A stretch of 64,000 nucleotides of DNA from Williopsis jadinii (GCA_024346625.1 AP024666.1:496001-560000), one strand, 5' to 3'. Shown: positions 45,267-57,755, counted from the stretch's first letter. Notes: generated by a model from the sequence alone, not told the origin. Numbers and translations: made by a program.

Positions 45267-47860
45267 CGTTCTTTGGTTACAGTGAAGTTATAGTTGCTCC
45301 AAGTGGGCGTGTAAATCCTCTAAAGTTATTCCAAAGAACGTTTTATATATCAAAGAAACGAATTACTCATACCCGATGTGTCATAATTGTTTCTCTAGTT
45401 GACTCATATGCAAAAGTATGCAGCTCGATAAAAAAAGTTTTTCTTCCGTTGATCGGAGTCAAAACAAAAGATTTGTTTCGGGCCCTAGCCGAAGTCGCAG
45501 CATTCGGCATCCGGGCCCATAGCCGATTGTTCTTATACAATGGATACGACTGTTCGATTCCAATAGATCTGTTTGAATTGAACCGTTGGTGTTTATATTA
45601 GGCTCAACGTGTATGGTAATGTAGCTATAAGGCCGTGCAATGTATGCTTCAGGACATTGAACTGCGGTGGTTTTTCTGTAAGTGACTCAGCGAGACCATA
45701 GAAGAATGCCTAAATAAAGACGAGATTATAGATCTCGAGTCAGTATGGAACGACTTCACACGGGTTTCTGTTAGTTCTGGGGGAAGAGGGAGTAGTGGAA
45801 TCTCGGTCAACGGTATTGTAATTTATTTAGAGATGTGCTTACAACACTGAACATTACTGTATGGTAAACAAGCGAATCTAAACTGTTAGATGTACACTAC
45901 AATAAAAGAAGAACAGTTGTTTCCAGCTGGATCAGCCTTATGGATGGTATATATTATACTCAGATTCATGTTAGTAACTCTTTGGACCTTTCATGTGTTT
46001 GTCTCCCGTGGATGTAAGCTTCTCTTAAATAGAAAACATCTCACTAGTTGGTTTTCCCCAGGTAAACTAGAAGTTGTCACTTCGTAAAAGAGCAAAGGGG
46101 ACAGAGATTACAATTTGAAGTGAAGAAAACACATCAGAGTGCTGTGAGATGTTTCTTTGATGATGGAGCTGAATCAAAAGACTGCGAGTTGTTAAGGCTT
46201 TACACGGAATCGTCTTCAAGTATTGGGCTTTGTCTCATTAAAGCATTTAACCTATTTCTCAAGGACTCCCTTACAGACTTCCCTTTACTAAAATGTATAG
46301 AGACGTGGTGAATCAAGTCGAAACCTACTTTGTCAAACTTTTGGCTACATTTGATTGTAACAACTCTTAGAAAAGCTGTCAGAGCTTTCAGAACAAGGAT
46401 CAACCACGCAGTAAACTTGCTTCGACATGGAATTCCCTGTCTAAAAACACTTGGTGGCAGTAATCCACGCCACATCCCACATCCAATATTACATGCAGAG
46501 TGAATTGTAACATGTGTCTCACATCTGAAATCGATTAACAAGTCCAGGCAAGACATTGATGCAGTGATGATGTTACAAGCCTATGTAACTATAATTAAGA
46601 CCTACAACCACCCGAAAAACGCCATACTTAATCTGTACCACATCATACACACTCACGCATAGCTCACTAGTGAAAATAATTACTTAAACCATTCAACCCC
46701 GTGGCCTAATCCACTGCTATGCAATATTTGGAGGTGTCCCAGTACACGCACAACATACACGGACCCCCTAGCTTATTTGTATGGAAGGAAGCACGGTGCA
46801 ACTTCCAACCGGTTTCGGGCAACGGGACTCTAACGACTAATGGTGGAATGAAAAGCCCACGAGGGCAACCGCATAACACTGAGCTGTGCCTAGAAAGAGT
46901 TGAACTCAAAGTAGAACGCAGCGACACACACGTTGGTCAAGAAACGTTTTCCAATTGTAAATTGTACGTCTCCAAGTTGTGACATCTCGACGGCTCTACG
47001 CTCTTCAAGGGCACATCTGCCCCCTCCTCCCCCCAAGCAACTGTTGCACGGGTAACGGGATGAGGTTATTTTGGCCATTGCTCTGCCACGAGGTTCTGTC
47101 ACAATGGCGCCCGCTTCGCATAGCACACATGTAATGTCCAGATCGAATATTGCACGAGATGCCGGTTCTCGCACGGAACCACACCTACGCCGTATACACA
47201 GGCCTTCAGTCCACCAATGACAGCCACCTGTGACTTTGAGCACATACATAACACGACCAAGTGCTGGCTGTAAAGATATCAATCACGGATCAACCAGCAA
47301 GTGTGTGTAATCGTAGTGGTGGGCAATTTGGCCCTGTGAAATTCCCTGCAACAAGCGCACGGTTTATGGTCCCGCCTCGTTCTTTTAAACGCTCACTGAC
47401 AGAGCCACTTGTATACTACTTTACCTAGAAAACATGAAAAGGGAAAACACAGGCATCGCAGCCAATCATGGCACACCGGGTTGTGCCCAGTACTGAGCCA
47501 CATGGCAATGGAAGACGGTACCCAGACAACCCATGAACTCTCCAGAAAGCACCGTGTGTTCCCCCATTAACATTCCTTTTTTTACGTCTGGCGTTAATTA
47601 TGTTGCTTTCTGCGCTCGCTGCTGCTTCGTCGTGTGGGCCCTGTTTGTCTTGTGACCTGCACGTGCACCTCCTCCACACGTGTGCCAGAGACAGCGAGTT
47701 GGCGGTGTGCAATTGAGCAGTTCCAAATCTCTGTGAATATCTGTTGGGTAGTAACTATATAAGGCATCGTGGCGGCATCGTGAATTTGACAGCTCTGTAA
47801 CCTTGTAGGGTCCACGCTTTGTACGAGCTCCACACCGTTTCCACGAGAACAACGAACGCG

Positions 47861-48982
47861 ATGCTGCCACTTCCTCCAGATCTGAAGCCAACAATCATCC
47901 AGATGCAAAATGGTGATAATGAAGAGCCAGAGCAGAACAAGTTGCCGGAGCCTGTGCAGATGAACGCACAGGGCAGCGGTGCCAAAGGTGGTAGCAATGG
48001 AAAGCCAAAGAAGAAGAGAAGACGTTCCTCGTCGTCGCTGATATCGCAGAACGAGATTGAGAAGCGTCGCAGAGAGCACAAGACCGCACACTCCATCATT
48101 GAGAAGAAGAGACGTATCAGAATGAACAGGGAGTTTGAGGCTCTCAAGTTCATGATTCCGGCTTGTAGAAACAACTTGAACTCTTCGAACAACAACGGTG
48201 AAGGGATGTACAAGCTCACGATCTTGCAGTCCACTGTGGACTATATCAGATACCTCCACAGCATTGTCAACTTGCAAAAGGATGAAATCTCCAAGTACAA
48301 CCCTAGATGGGCACAGGAGGAAGACCTGGACTTTGCCAACGCTGACGTTGACACTGACAGTTACAGAAACTTGGAGAACGAGTACGACTTTGCCAAACTG
48401 TTTGATGACTTCACGGAGTACAAGAGTGAGCGTCTTGCCGCCGCAAGAAATGCGAGTTCAACTAAATCCCATGGAAACCTCGCCGACGATAGGCCCCTTC
48501 ACGACACAACCAGTGTTGAATTTATCGACACAGCCGATTTGGGAACCATTTCCAAATCTTCCACCACCACAATAAGGCGTAATTCCATGTTGGACTTCAA
48601 CAAGTTCCAGGCGCTGCCTTCGCCAATCATCACCCCAGAGCTATACCCACAACGTGGAACGTCGTTCTCGTCATCAACAGGGTCACACTCCGTCGGTAAC
48701 AATTTCATCGCCCTACCATCGATGCAAGATAAGCAGGGGTCACCAACTTTCAAGGATTCCTTGGACTTTCAGTTCCCCAAGAACGCTGGGAACTTCCAGT
48801 TCAGCCAGCCAGGTAAACCGGCAAGACAGTCGCAATCCTCGAGTCTCCAGGGCTCACCACAGAGCTCGCTGGATATCATCAACGAGAGCATGGCACGCGA
48901 CACGGAAACATCAGCTTCTCAGGCACTTCTTTCAATGAGAAGGGATACCTCAGTATCTAACATCAGAACACTTTTGAACTAA
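47861..48982 (+). CDS. bHLH transcription factor (possibly Try6-like)
   Basis: EHKTAHSIIEKKRRIRMNREFEALKFMIPAC...MYKLTILQSTVDYIRYL bHLH domain; TATATAA at 47756-47762. Confidence 0.85.
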   Translation: MLPLPPDLKPTIIQMQNGDNEEPEQNKLPEPVQMNAQGSGAKGGSNGKPKKKRRRSSSSLISQNEIEKRRREHKTAHSIIEKKRRIRMNREFEALKFMIPACRNNLNSSNNNGEGMYKLTILQSTVDYIRYLHSIVNLQKDEISKYNPRWAQEEDLDFANADVDTDSYRNLENEYDFAKLFDDFTEYKSERLAAARNASSTKSHGNLADDRPLHDTTSVEFIDTADLGTISKSSTTTIRRNSMLDFNKFQALPSPIITPELYPQRGTSFSSSTGSHSVGNNFIALPSMQDKQGSPTFKDSLDFQFPKNAGNFQFSQPGKPARQSQSSSLQGSPQSSLDIINESMARDTETSASQALLSMRRDTSVSNIRTLLN

Positions 48983-49271
48983 TAAATATAAACACAAACT
49001 GGTTTTGTTTTCGTCTTTCCCTCTCGCTATCTCTCCTCTTAGAACTAACCAACCGTAGCTGTCCACTGAACAACGCCGTAATTGAAGTACTGCGATGTCT
49101 GGGCTGCCATTTCTGGCACGTGACGATAGAGAGAATCCTCCAAAAAAACACCCCTACACCACGCGTACACCACGCGCACACACAGGCCCAAATCTAATGT
49201 GTCTCTTTGATTGCGGTTAGAAGACCTCACTCACAGTGGATAAGGGTTGGAAGCTATAGATTCAAGCCAAT

Positions 49272-49892
49272 ATGGGGAATACCAGCTCTGCACCGAGGGT
49301 CACTGCCCAGGACAAGGCTGTCTTACAGGTGAAGTTGCAAAAGGACAAACTGGTCAGGTATCAAAAGAAGATGAACTTACTGGTGGATCAAGAAACCACT
49401 CAGATCAAAGTATACCTGCGCCAGGGGAAGAAGAACGATGCTAAAGTGCTGTTAAAGAAGACCAAGTATCAGCAGAAACTACTAGAGGACTCTTCCAACC
49501 AGCTCTACAACTTGGAGAATATGATACACAACATTGAGTTCAAGCTCATAGAGAAAGACTTCTTGAAGGGGTTGCAAAACGGTAATGCCATCTTGTCAAA
49601 GCTCAACAACGAGATGAAGGTTGAGGATGTCGAAAGGCTTGTTGATGAGGTCCAGGATAACATTGCGTATCAGGACGAGATCAACGAGATGTTATCCAAC
49701 TCTGTTGTTGGACAGGACATTGAGGATGAGATTGATCAAGAGTTGGCGGTGTTAGAGCTGGAAGCAACACCATTGGATCAAAGGCTTCCAAAGATTGATG
49801 GGCTTGCCAAGGTTCCTGAAGTTGCTGTAGATGTTCTCCCACAGCAGAAGAAGGAAAGTAGCAAGGAGACGAGGACTGCATTACTAGCATAG
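49272..49892 (+). CDS. VPS20: ESCRT-III subunit Vps20
   Basis: Myristoylation start MGNTSS, VTAQDKAVLQVKLQKD, Snf7 fold IEFKLIEKDFLKGLQNGN. Confidence 0.9.
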   Translation: MGNTSSAPRVTAQDKAVLQVKLQKDKLVRYQKKMNLLVDQETTQIKVYLRQGKKNDAKVLLKKTKYQQKLLEDSSNQLYNLENMIHNIEFKLIEKDFLKGLQNGNAILSKLNNEMKVEDVERLVDEVQDNIAYQDEINEMLSNSVVGQDIEDEIDQELAVLELEATPLDQRLPKIDGLAKVPEVAVDVLPQQKKESSKETRTALLA

Positions 49893-49968
49893 AATGGTTA
49901 ACTCCCAATGAGGGTTCTTTAATTAACAGGTATTACTCTATTTTATGTACAATTCAAGTAGTTCCAAC

Positions 49969-51063
<1,095 letters not shown>

Positions 51064-51200
51064 TCAACTGCGATAAATCTTTCATCTCCGAGACGTTGAT
51101 TCGTTCCTCATTCCCAATCTGGATATTTGATCCGAAGGCAAAACAACACTTACACATAGAGCACATTGGGCTACAAAGCCGAGCAAGCGACGATACCTCG

Positions 51201-51914
51201 ATGTCCTGTGAAGACGAGCACTTTGACCACTCCCATAGCCACTCTCATTCTCACGGTGATGGGGATGACCACTCTCATATACCCCCAATTCAAACAAGCA
51301 GTGTACAGAATCTAAGAGAGCACATTGATTTCTACCAGCTGAGGGCGTTCAACTGTCAACAGAAGGATGAGGATCTACAGCGCCTATTCAAGGCCAACGA
51401 CGACAAGTTTGAGCTCAGCGGGTTCATTGAATCTGATGCTGACTGTCAGCTCATCCTGAATATCCCATTCAACGGCAACGTGAAGCTATACTCGATAATC
51501 ATCAGATCCAGTGGTGAGTCTGCTCACTGTCCCAGAACGGTGAAGTTGTTCAAGAACAACAAGACCTTGGATTTCGATAACATAGCAGGTTCTAAACCGG
51601 TGCATAAACTGGAACAGCCATTGGTTGGTCCTTTGGATGATACGGAGGCAAACGTGGATGAAGATACGTTTGTTGAGCACCACCTTCCGAGATCTCAGTT
51701 CCAGTCAACCTACCACTTGACATTGTTCATCGAGGATAACTGGGATGACGATGAGGATGAAACTACAAAGCTATACTACATTGAACTTCGCGGACTGTTC
51801 ACCAGTCCGCTGGCAAAGAATCCCGTGATAACACTTTACGAAGCTGCTGCTAATCCAGCAGATCATAAGAATCTGCTCCAGCAGGAAATAGGCCAATCTA
51901 ACAACGTTGACTAA
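51201..51914 (+). CDS. PITH domain protein (PITHD1-like) with His-rich N-terminus
   Basis: MSCEDEHFDHSHSHSHSHG; IESDADCQLILNIPFNGNVKL, LDFD, YEAAANPADHK. Confidence 0.87.
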   Translation: MSCEDEHFDHSHSHSHSHGDGDDHSHIPPIQTSSVQNLREHIDFYQLRAFNCQQKDEDLQRLFKANDDKFELSGFIESDADCQLILNIPFNGNVKLYSIIIRSSGESAHCPRTVKLFKNNKTLDFDNIAGSKPVHKLEQPLVGPLDDTEANVDEDTFVEHHLPRSQFQSTYHLTLFIEDNWDDDEDETTKLYYIELRGLFTSPLAKNPVITLYEAAANPADHKNLLQQEIGQSNNVD

Positions 51915-51952
51915 TAATTATTATGATATGAATGCAAATCTCTATATATTGG

Positions 51953-53038
51953 CTAAGAGAATGATACTCTGTACTCCTTTGGGTTGTCATGTGGTCTTCC
52001 ATGGGAAAAGTTGGCCTCTTTAGTCTTGGTGTTCACTATAATTGTATACAAAGTACAACATTTGGCCAATCCAGTAACGCCTTCCTCTGGATACTTACAG
52101 ATGGACTTTGGTGCATTGGCTATGTCGCCCAATCTGCTTCTGAAACTCTTGAAGCCACCCTCTGATCCCACATTAAGCTCCTTAATACGGTCATACCTAG
52201 CAAATGAACTCAGAATCGGAGTGTCACAGGGGAATTCTTTAGAAAGAGTTTCATCCAGCAAATGATTGGTGTGTGAAACCACCCCTGTATCGTCATCAGG
52301 CTTAATAATTGCAATTCCTCTTGGTGAAACTTCAACAGAACAGTAACTGTTTACATCACCCATAAGAAGATTTGCACAACTGGCACACCCGTTCGACTCT
52401 AAATAGTCCACGGTCTTCTCAACACTCTCCTGCTCCAAACATTTACGAAGTGTAAAGTGGATTGGGAGTTTGTCATAGCTCACTTCGTTGGAGCTTATAG
52501 CATTGAGCATGATCGCCAGTCCCTCGCTGTTGAACCCATACTTTCCAATGATCCCGGCCTCTGCGAGGAAGAGGAGTTTTGGTTTCCCAACTTGCTCTAG
52601 TTCGATCCACAGGGTGGTTGCATCAACCTCAGGTATCCAGTCCCAATTCTGTCCAACATAAACATCTCCTGTTGAAGATTCCACCTGTGCCAAAGATGTA
52701 CATCCATCGGATATGTCAACCATGGTGATCTCGCTACGGACATTGAGAGCAACGATATCCAAAAGATCCGTTCCTGATCCTTGCGCAATACCCCTCAGCT
52801 CGTCCAGTATATCTGGGTGCTTTTCGAGCAATGGTAGATATTTGGCAGCCCTTCTTCTGGCCTCGTCCCAAGACACGTTCTTAGATTCTTTATACAAAGT
52901 GGAGTACACTTCGATAGCTTTGACGATCTGAGCCTTAGCAAAAGTCCCGTGGCCCAGCCCGATCTCCAAGGGTGTGCCAGAAAGCTTCACATAAGGTAGG
53001 TGTGTATCATAAAATCTCCCTCTCGCCACGGTTTCCAT
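51953..53038 (-). CDS. Peptidase C45 Ntn-hydrolase (isopenicillin-N acyltransferase / Tan-like)
   Basis: LSGTPLEIGLGHG, ELRGIAQG, LNVRSE, autocleavage site DG|CTS (Gly112-Cys113), GQNWDW, EAGIIGKYGFNSEGL, SHTNHLL. Confidence 0.88.
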   Translation of the reverse strand: METVARGRFYDTHLPYVKLSGTPLEIGLGHGTFAKAQIVKAIEVYSTLYKESKNVSWDEARRRAAKYLPLLEKHPDILDELRGIAQGSGTDLLDIVALNVRSEITMVDISDGCTSLAQVESSTGDVYVGQNWDWIPEVDATTLWIELEQVGKPKLLFLAEAGIIGKYGFNSEGLAIMLNAISSNEVSYDKLPIHFTLRKCLEQESVEKTVDYLESNGCASCANLLMGDVNSYCSVEVSPRGIAIIKPDDDTGVVSHTNHLLDETLSKEFPCDTPILSSFARYDRIKELNVGSEGGFKSFRSRLGDIANAPKSICKYPEEGVTGLAKCCTLYTIIVNTKTKEANFSHGRPHDNPKEYRVSFS

Positions 53039-53241
53039 CTTTCTCTGGTGATGAAGCTATTCTAAAATGCATCTCTGTGTAGTGTGCAGTATGCTCTGCT
53101 TATGTATGTCCTCATGTGTCCGTATCCGGAAGTCGGCAATAGTCCCCAAAACGGTGAGATAGACGGAGATTAACAGTACAAGTCGATAAGATAAAAGTGT
53201 TGGCCTCAGTGTAAGCAGCCGGTATAGACGTGGGCATTCGA

Positions 53242-54786
53242 TTACTTTGAGAGGATGTCCCGCAAGAACGTCACCATCGCTAATACCTTCTCTTCTTCTA
53301 AGCGTGGACCAAGAACCTGTACCCCCACAGGAACTCCATCGCTCTCTGCTGGTTCGTAACCAGGCGAAGTGGAGCCATCAACAGCAACGTCAATGAATCT
53401 ATCGCTTGTAAGCACTGGGAACGTACACGCAGGGAAATCGACAACGTTGGCGAATGGTGAATAGCACACGTCTTTGAACTCCCCAAATTTAAAGCCTGCG
53501 TGAGGGCTAACTGGCATAATTAATCCGTCTAGTCCACTGGATTGCCAGAGCTTCCAAAACCTGTTTATTGACTTTGTCCTTTCACTTTGAGCAACCCACA
53601 TCTCTGAAGTTGGAATATCCCTGGCCGCTTGCCATGATGACAGGGCTTTAACTGGTTCCCCAGACTTTAAGCATTCTTCAATGACCCTTTTGTTGCCAGA
53701 ACTTTCCATAAAAGCAGCATATGCAGCGATCTCTTCAATGATTGCTGTGTCAAATGGTACGCATTCTAAGCCAGCAGCCTGGAGTTTCTGAACCAGCGTA
53801 AGCATTGCTCTTTTAACTGGTGGCGTTAACTGCACAGGGCCAGCATCCATGACATAGCCAAATTTGAAATGGCCCTTGCTATCAAAAATTTCCCATGGTT
53901 TATTGAGAGCATTGATGTCGTGCTTCCATGCTTCGTTCGCCATGGCCTTTGCGTAAAGCTCCAATGAAAACACGTCGTTAGCCATTGGACCATTTGTGGG
54001 CTTCAAGCTTTCAATTCCGAGAACAGGTGACTGTAAACACAAATGTGACGTTCTCTGTGTCGTCATTCTTAGCCCGTAGATCCCTGTAACCGATGCTGGT
54101 TGTCTAATGCTTCCCCCAAGATCAGAGCCAACGCCCAAGGGTGAACCTCTAAGTGCCAACAGTGCCGATTCACCGCCTGAAGATCCACCGGATGAAAAGT
54201 TTGTGTTGTAAGGATTAAGCGTCTGTCCAAAGAGGTTGGAGGCTGTTTCGATGTTGTACACTGCTGTCGGAGTCGTTGTCTTTGCTATTGGTATGGCGCC
54301 TTGGTCCACTAAAATCTGGATGTTTGGTGATGATACAGACGAAGGATCATCGTTTGCTTTGGATACGAGACAGAGTGTAGTTCTCACATCTATGAGGTCG
54401 AACTCATCCTTTAGTGAAAATGGTAGCCCGTGTAATGGGCCCACCACTTTACCTGTATTAGCCAAAATTGCATCCAACTGTTTTGCCCTTGACAACGCCT
54501 CTTCAAAAAGGATCTCTGAAAGACAGTTCACCAGCTGTTGAGCGATGGCTGCTCTATGGCAGAATGCACTTACAACGCAATACGCCGACCATTGACCCCT
54601 GTGGATGTTATGGAGGATTGTGGCCGTCGAAGCTTGTGTTATCTCCACTTCGTTCTCTGACAGGTACTTTCCAGGAATAGACACAACATTTGTTGGCACT
54701 TGCTCAGATTCGTCAATGATCCATTCCCTCGGGATGAGTGAGTACCTTTTAGCCCGGGCTTCGTTACAGAGATCTTCCCAGCTCAT
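53242..54786 (-). CDS. Amidase-signature family enzyme (acetamidase/Amd2-like)
   Basis: GPLHGLPFSLKD (catalytic Lys), GGSSGGES, GSDLGGSIRQPA (Ser nucleophile), PVGVQVLG. Confidence 0.92.
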   Translation of the reverse strand: MSWEDLCNEARAKRYSLIPREWIIDESEQVPTNVVSIPGKYLSENEVEITQASTATILHNIHRGQWSAYCVVSAFCHRAAIAQQLVNCLSEILFEEALSRAKQLDAILANTGKVVGPLHGLPFSLKDEFDLIDVRTTLCLVSKANDDPSSVSSPNIQILVDQGAIPIAKTTTPTAVYNIETASNLFGQTLNPYNTNFSSGGSSGGESALLALRGSPLGVGSDLGGSIRQPASVTGIYGLRMTTQRTSHLCLQSPVLGIESLKPTNGPMANDVFSLELYAKAMANEAWKHDINALNKPWEIFDSKGHFKFGYVMDAGPVQLTPPVKRAMLTLVQKLQAAGLECVPFDTAIIEEIAAYAAFMESSGNKRVIEECLKSGEPVKALSSWQAARDIPTSEMWVAQSERTKSINRFWKLWQSSGLDGLIMPVSPHAGFKFGEFKDVCYSPFANVVDFPACTFPVLTSDRFIDVAVDGSTSPGYEPAESDGVPVGVQVLGPRLEEEKVLAMVTFLRDILSK

Positions 54787-55279
54787 AATCGGTACCGCTG
54801 TCCCAAGCTGTTTCGAAGCATACGGAAGCTCTTGCTTGTTTTAGCCAATGTATGGTTTTTTTTCTCCCATTTTCTACATGGAGGTCCTGCCATTAGCTAA
54901 AATAAAATCATCTTCCGCCTCTCTGTGGAACATTCTACATTTACATATCTTGTATCATAAAGAAGAAGATCCTTCTATAATCATCTTCACGTTAAGTTAA
55001 AGAAATCGTTTATCGTTGTAATTTTGATTGTTATTGTTTTCATTTTGGTTTTTCGGGTTCTGTTTTTGTGGAATGTGTGTATAAATGTGGTTTTTCAGCT
55101 AAGCATCGTGTGGAATATCAACTTGTTAAACATGTCTCATCTCGGTGAAATAGTGCAATTGAGCAGTCACTTGTGAACGATGTCAAAGGCCATATCGTTT
55201 GTTTGTATGGGGGCTCCTCCGCAATGTCACTTGGTAAAAGGTCCACTCAATCGGTCATTGAAATCAAAACACACAGCGC

Positions 55280-55745
55280 TTAGTGGTGGTTGTCCTCTGG
55301 TTCCTCCAAGACGAACCATTCCTCAGAAGCCTCAGCGGCAGAACCGGTGGTGTGGGAGGCAACCTCAACCTCGGCGGCCTCGTAGTCAGCCAACTCAGCA
55401 GCGTCGATCTCAGCAGCTGGTTGTTGTGGAGCGACTGGCTTGGTCCATGGTCTGGTAGCACCTTCAGCGTCCTTGGCGGAGAGAGGAGTTGGCTTGAAGG
55501 CCTTCAACTCGTTGATGTACAAGTCTTGGATGATGTCTAGTGTGTGTTAGTCTACGTGTGTCCTTGTGACAATAAGCTAACAAAAAATAGGGGGAACAGG
55601 ACTTCTCTCTCTTAACGAAAAAGAAGCTGGAGAGAGGCGCCCCCAGAAAGCAATTAGAAGTGTAAAACTCACTCTTTCTAGCTGGCATAGCAGAGAAGGC
55701 ACGAACAGAGACCCTCTGGGTCATGATACGTCTAGCAGCGAACAT
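55280..55745 (-). CDS. ATP14: Mitochondrial ATP synthase subunit h; exons 55745-55673, 55536-55280
   Basis: Presequence MFAARRIMTQRVSVRAFS; a 136-nt intron (GTGAGT..GACTAAC..TAG) gives NIIQDLYINELKAFKPTP...EEWFV. Confidence 0.9.
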
Positions 55746-56045
55746 AATTGACTGGTTTAATTGGTTCGAATTGAATGGAGTCCACCCGTGTTGATGGGGT
55801 GTTCGAAGGGGGTGGGCATTTTGTCTTTTAGATTTTCGTCCAGGAGAGCGAAAAAAAACCCTCCGAGATCCGTCCTCCGCGATTATTACCGTACTGGGTA
55901 ACATCCGGGGGCAAGTGATGGATGGGAAAATTTCATTGGTTCAAAACTCTTTTCATGGTTAACGAAAGCAGGGCGAGAAAAGCAAAAGAGTGTAACCAAC
56001 ATCAGAATCGTAAAGAGGTTTGCACAGAATTTGAACTTTGTCACA

Positions 56046-56553
56046 ATGCCTCGTTTCTACTGTGACTACTGTAATTGTGAGTGTGGTTTAAACGTTGTTG
56101 ATGTTTCCCTGAAATGCAATGACTAACAACAAACACCGAAAGCCTACCTTACGCATGATGCCGCAAGTGTTCGCAAAAACCATTTGACTGGTAAGAACCA
56201 TGTCAAACTTGTTTGTGATTACTACGAAGGTATGTGTATCTTGTTTCTATTACTGCACATGATGAATCATGCCCATACTGACTTATAACACTATAGAGAA
56301 GGCCAAAGAGCTTGGAATATGGCGTGAAAATGACATGCCGTTTGAACTCACAACGGAGAACCTGTACAGGGGAATTCCTGGATCTTCTTCAAAGCAGACA
56401 CTTGATCTATACCGAATGAGCGATATGAAAACTCTCCCGCCTCCTCCTACGATATCGGGTCTCCCACAACCTCCTCCGAAAGTGCTACACGACTCAGTAC
56501 AGGAAAAACGTCAACTCTTGGGGAACATCTTACAAACCATTGGTGAAACCTAG
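56046..56553 (+). CDS. YHC1: U1 snRNP protein C; exons 56046-56076, 56143-56229, 56297-56553
   Basis: Two introns (66 and 67 nt) restore the matrin zinc finger MPRFYCDYCNSYLTHDAASVRKNHLTGKNH and a PPP-rich tail; mostly missed by the ORF track. Confidence 0.9.
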
Positions 56554-56677
56554 GAATAGCACTCCAGTATCTAGTGTGTCTGTAATGAAATCTAACGATC
56601 CTTTCCCATCTTATTAACAGGAGAAGAAGCATCACCATGTTGGTTCTAGCTCTTGTGGGAAGAATCATATGGTGACG

Positions 56678-56691
56678 GTTGCTATGGCAAC
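56678..56691. promoter_or_regulatory. RFX X-box upstream of GSP1
   Basis: GTTGCTATGGCAAC (one mismatch to GTTGCCATGGCAAC), preceded by a half-site ATGGTGAC. Confidence 0.6.
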
Positions 56692-56850
56692 TGATAAATT
56701 TTGTAAACATTGTGATTTTACGTGCGCCAACCATCAAATGCCTCGAAGGAGAGAGAAAAAGTTTTCGTTTGCAATTTTTTCCTTTTCAGATTTCAAAGGT
56801 TGTTTTCCCTTTATTTTTGCCAGCAATACACATAAAATACTTTATACACA

Positions 56851-57755
56851 ATGGCTCAAGAAGTTCCAACTTTCAAGCTCGTTCTCGTCGGTGATGGTGG
56901 TACTGGTAAGGTGAGTAATTGTTGATTGATTTATATCCCTGCCCGCTTTGTCTCTGTGAATCAGCTGTTGCTGTTGAAATCTGGTGTAATGTTTTGATCT
57001 CGATGATTTGGATTTTTTGTTTGTTTTTGTCTGTTTTTTTATTGTTGTTATATTTCCCAAACACAGGGGCTGTGTGCCTTTTGTTTCCATTCAGTGCCAT
57101 ATGAATCTACTAGAGACTAGTGTGTAACACAGGGTGCTTGTCGCTGATCAATTTACTAACTGTTTAATAGACCACTTTCGTCAAGCGTCATTTGACTGGT
57201 GAATTTGAAAAGAAGTACATTGCCACCTTGGGTGTTGAAGTCCACCCATTGGCTTTCTTCACCAACTTTGGTGAGATTAAGTTCGATGTTTGGGATACTG
57301 CTGGCCAAGAGAAGTTTGGTGGTTTGAGAGATGGTTACTACATCAACGGTCAATGTGGTATCATCATGTTCGATGTTACCTCCCGTATCACCTACAAGAA
57401 CGTTCCAAACTGGCACAGAGATTTGGTCCGTGTCTGTGAAAACATCCCAATCGTCCTCTGTGGTAACAAGGTTGATGTTAAGGAGCGTAAAGTTAAGGCT
57501 AAGACCATCACTTTCCACAGAAAGAAGAACTTGCAATACTACGATATCTCAGCTAAGTCCAACTATAACTTTGAGAAGCCATTCTTGTGGTTGGCTAGAA
57601 AGCTTGTTGGTAACCCACAATTGGAGTTCGTTGCTGCTCCAGCCTTGGCTCCACCTGAGGTTCAAGTTGACGCCCAATTGATGGCTCAATACCAACAAGA
57701 AATGGATGCCGCCACCGCCATGCCATTGCCAGATGAAGATGACGCCGACTTGTAA
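56851..57755 (+). CDS. GSP1: Ran GTPase; exons 56851-56910, 57171-57755
   Basis: [39 protein letters not shown], acidic tail DEDDADL; 260-nt intron GTGAGT..TACTAAC..TAG. Confidence 0.97.

Noticed and set aside
51953..53038. Penicillin biosynthesis cluster
   Set aside because: No ACV synthetase or IPN synthase in the window and no PTS1 on the C45 protein
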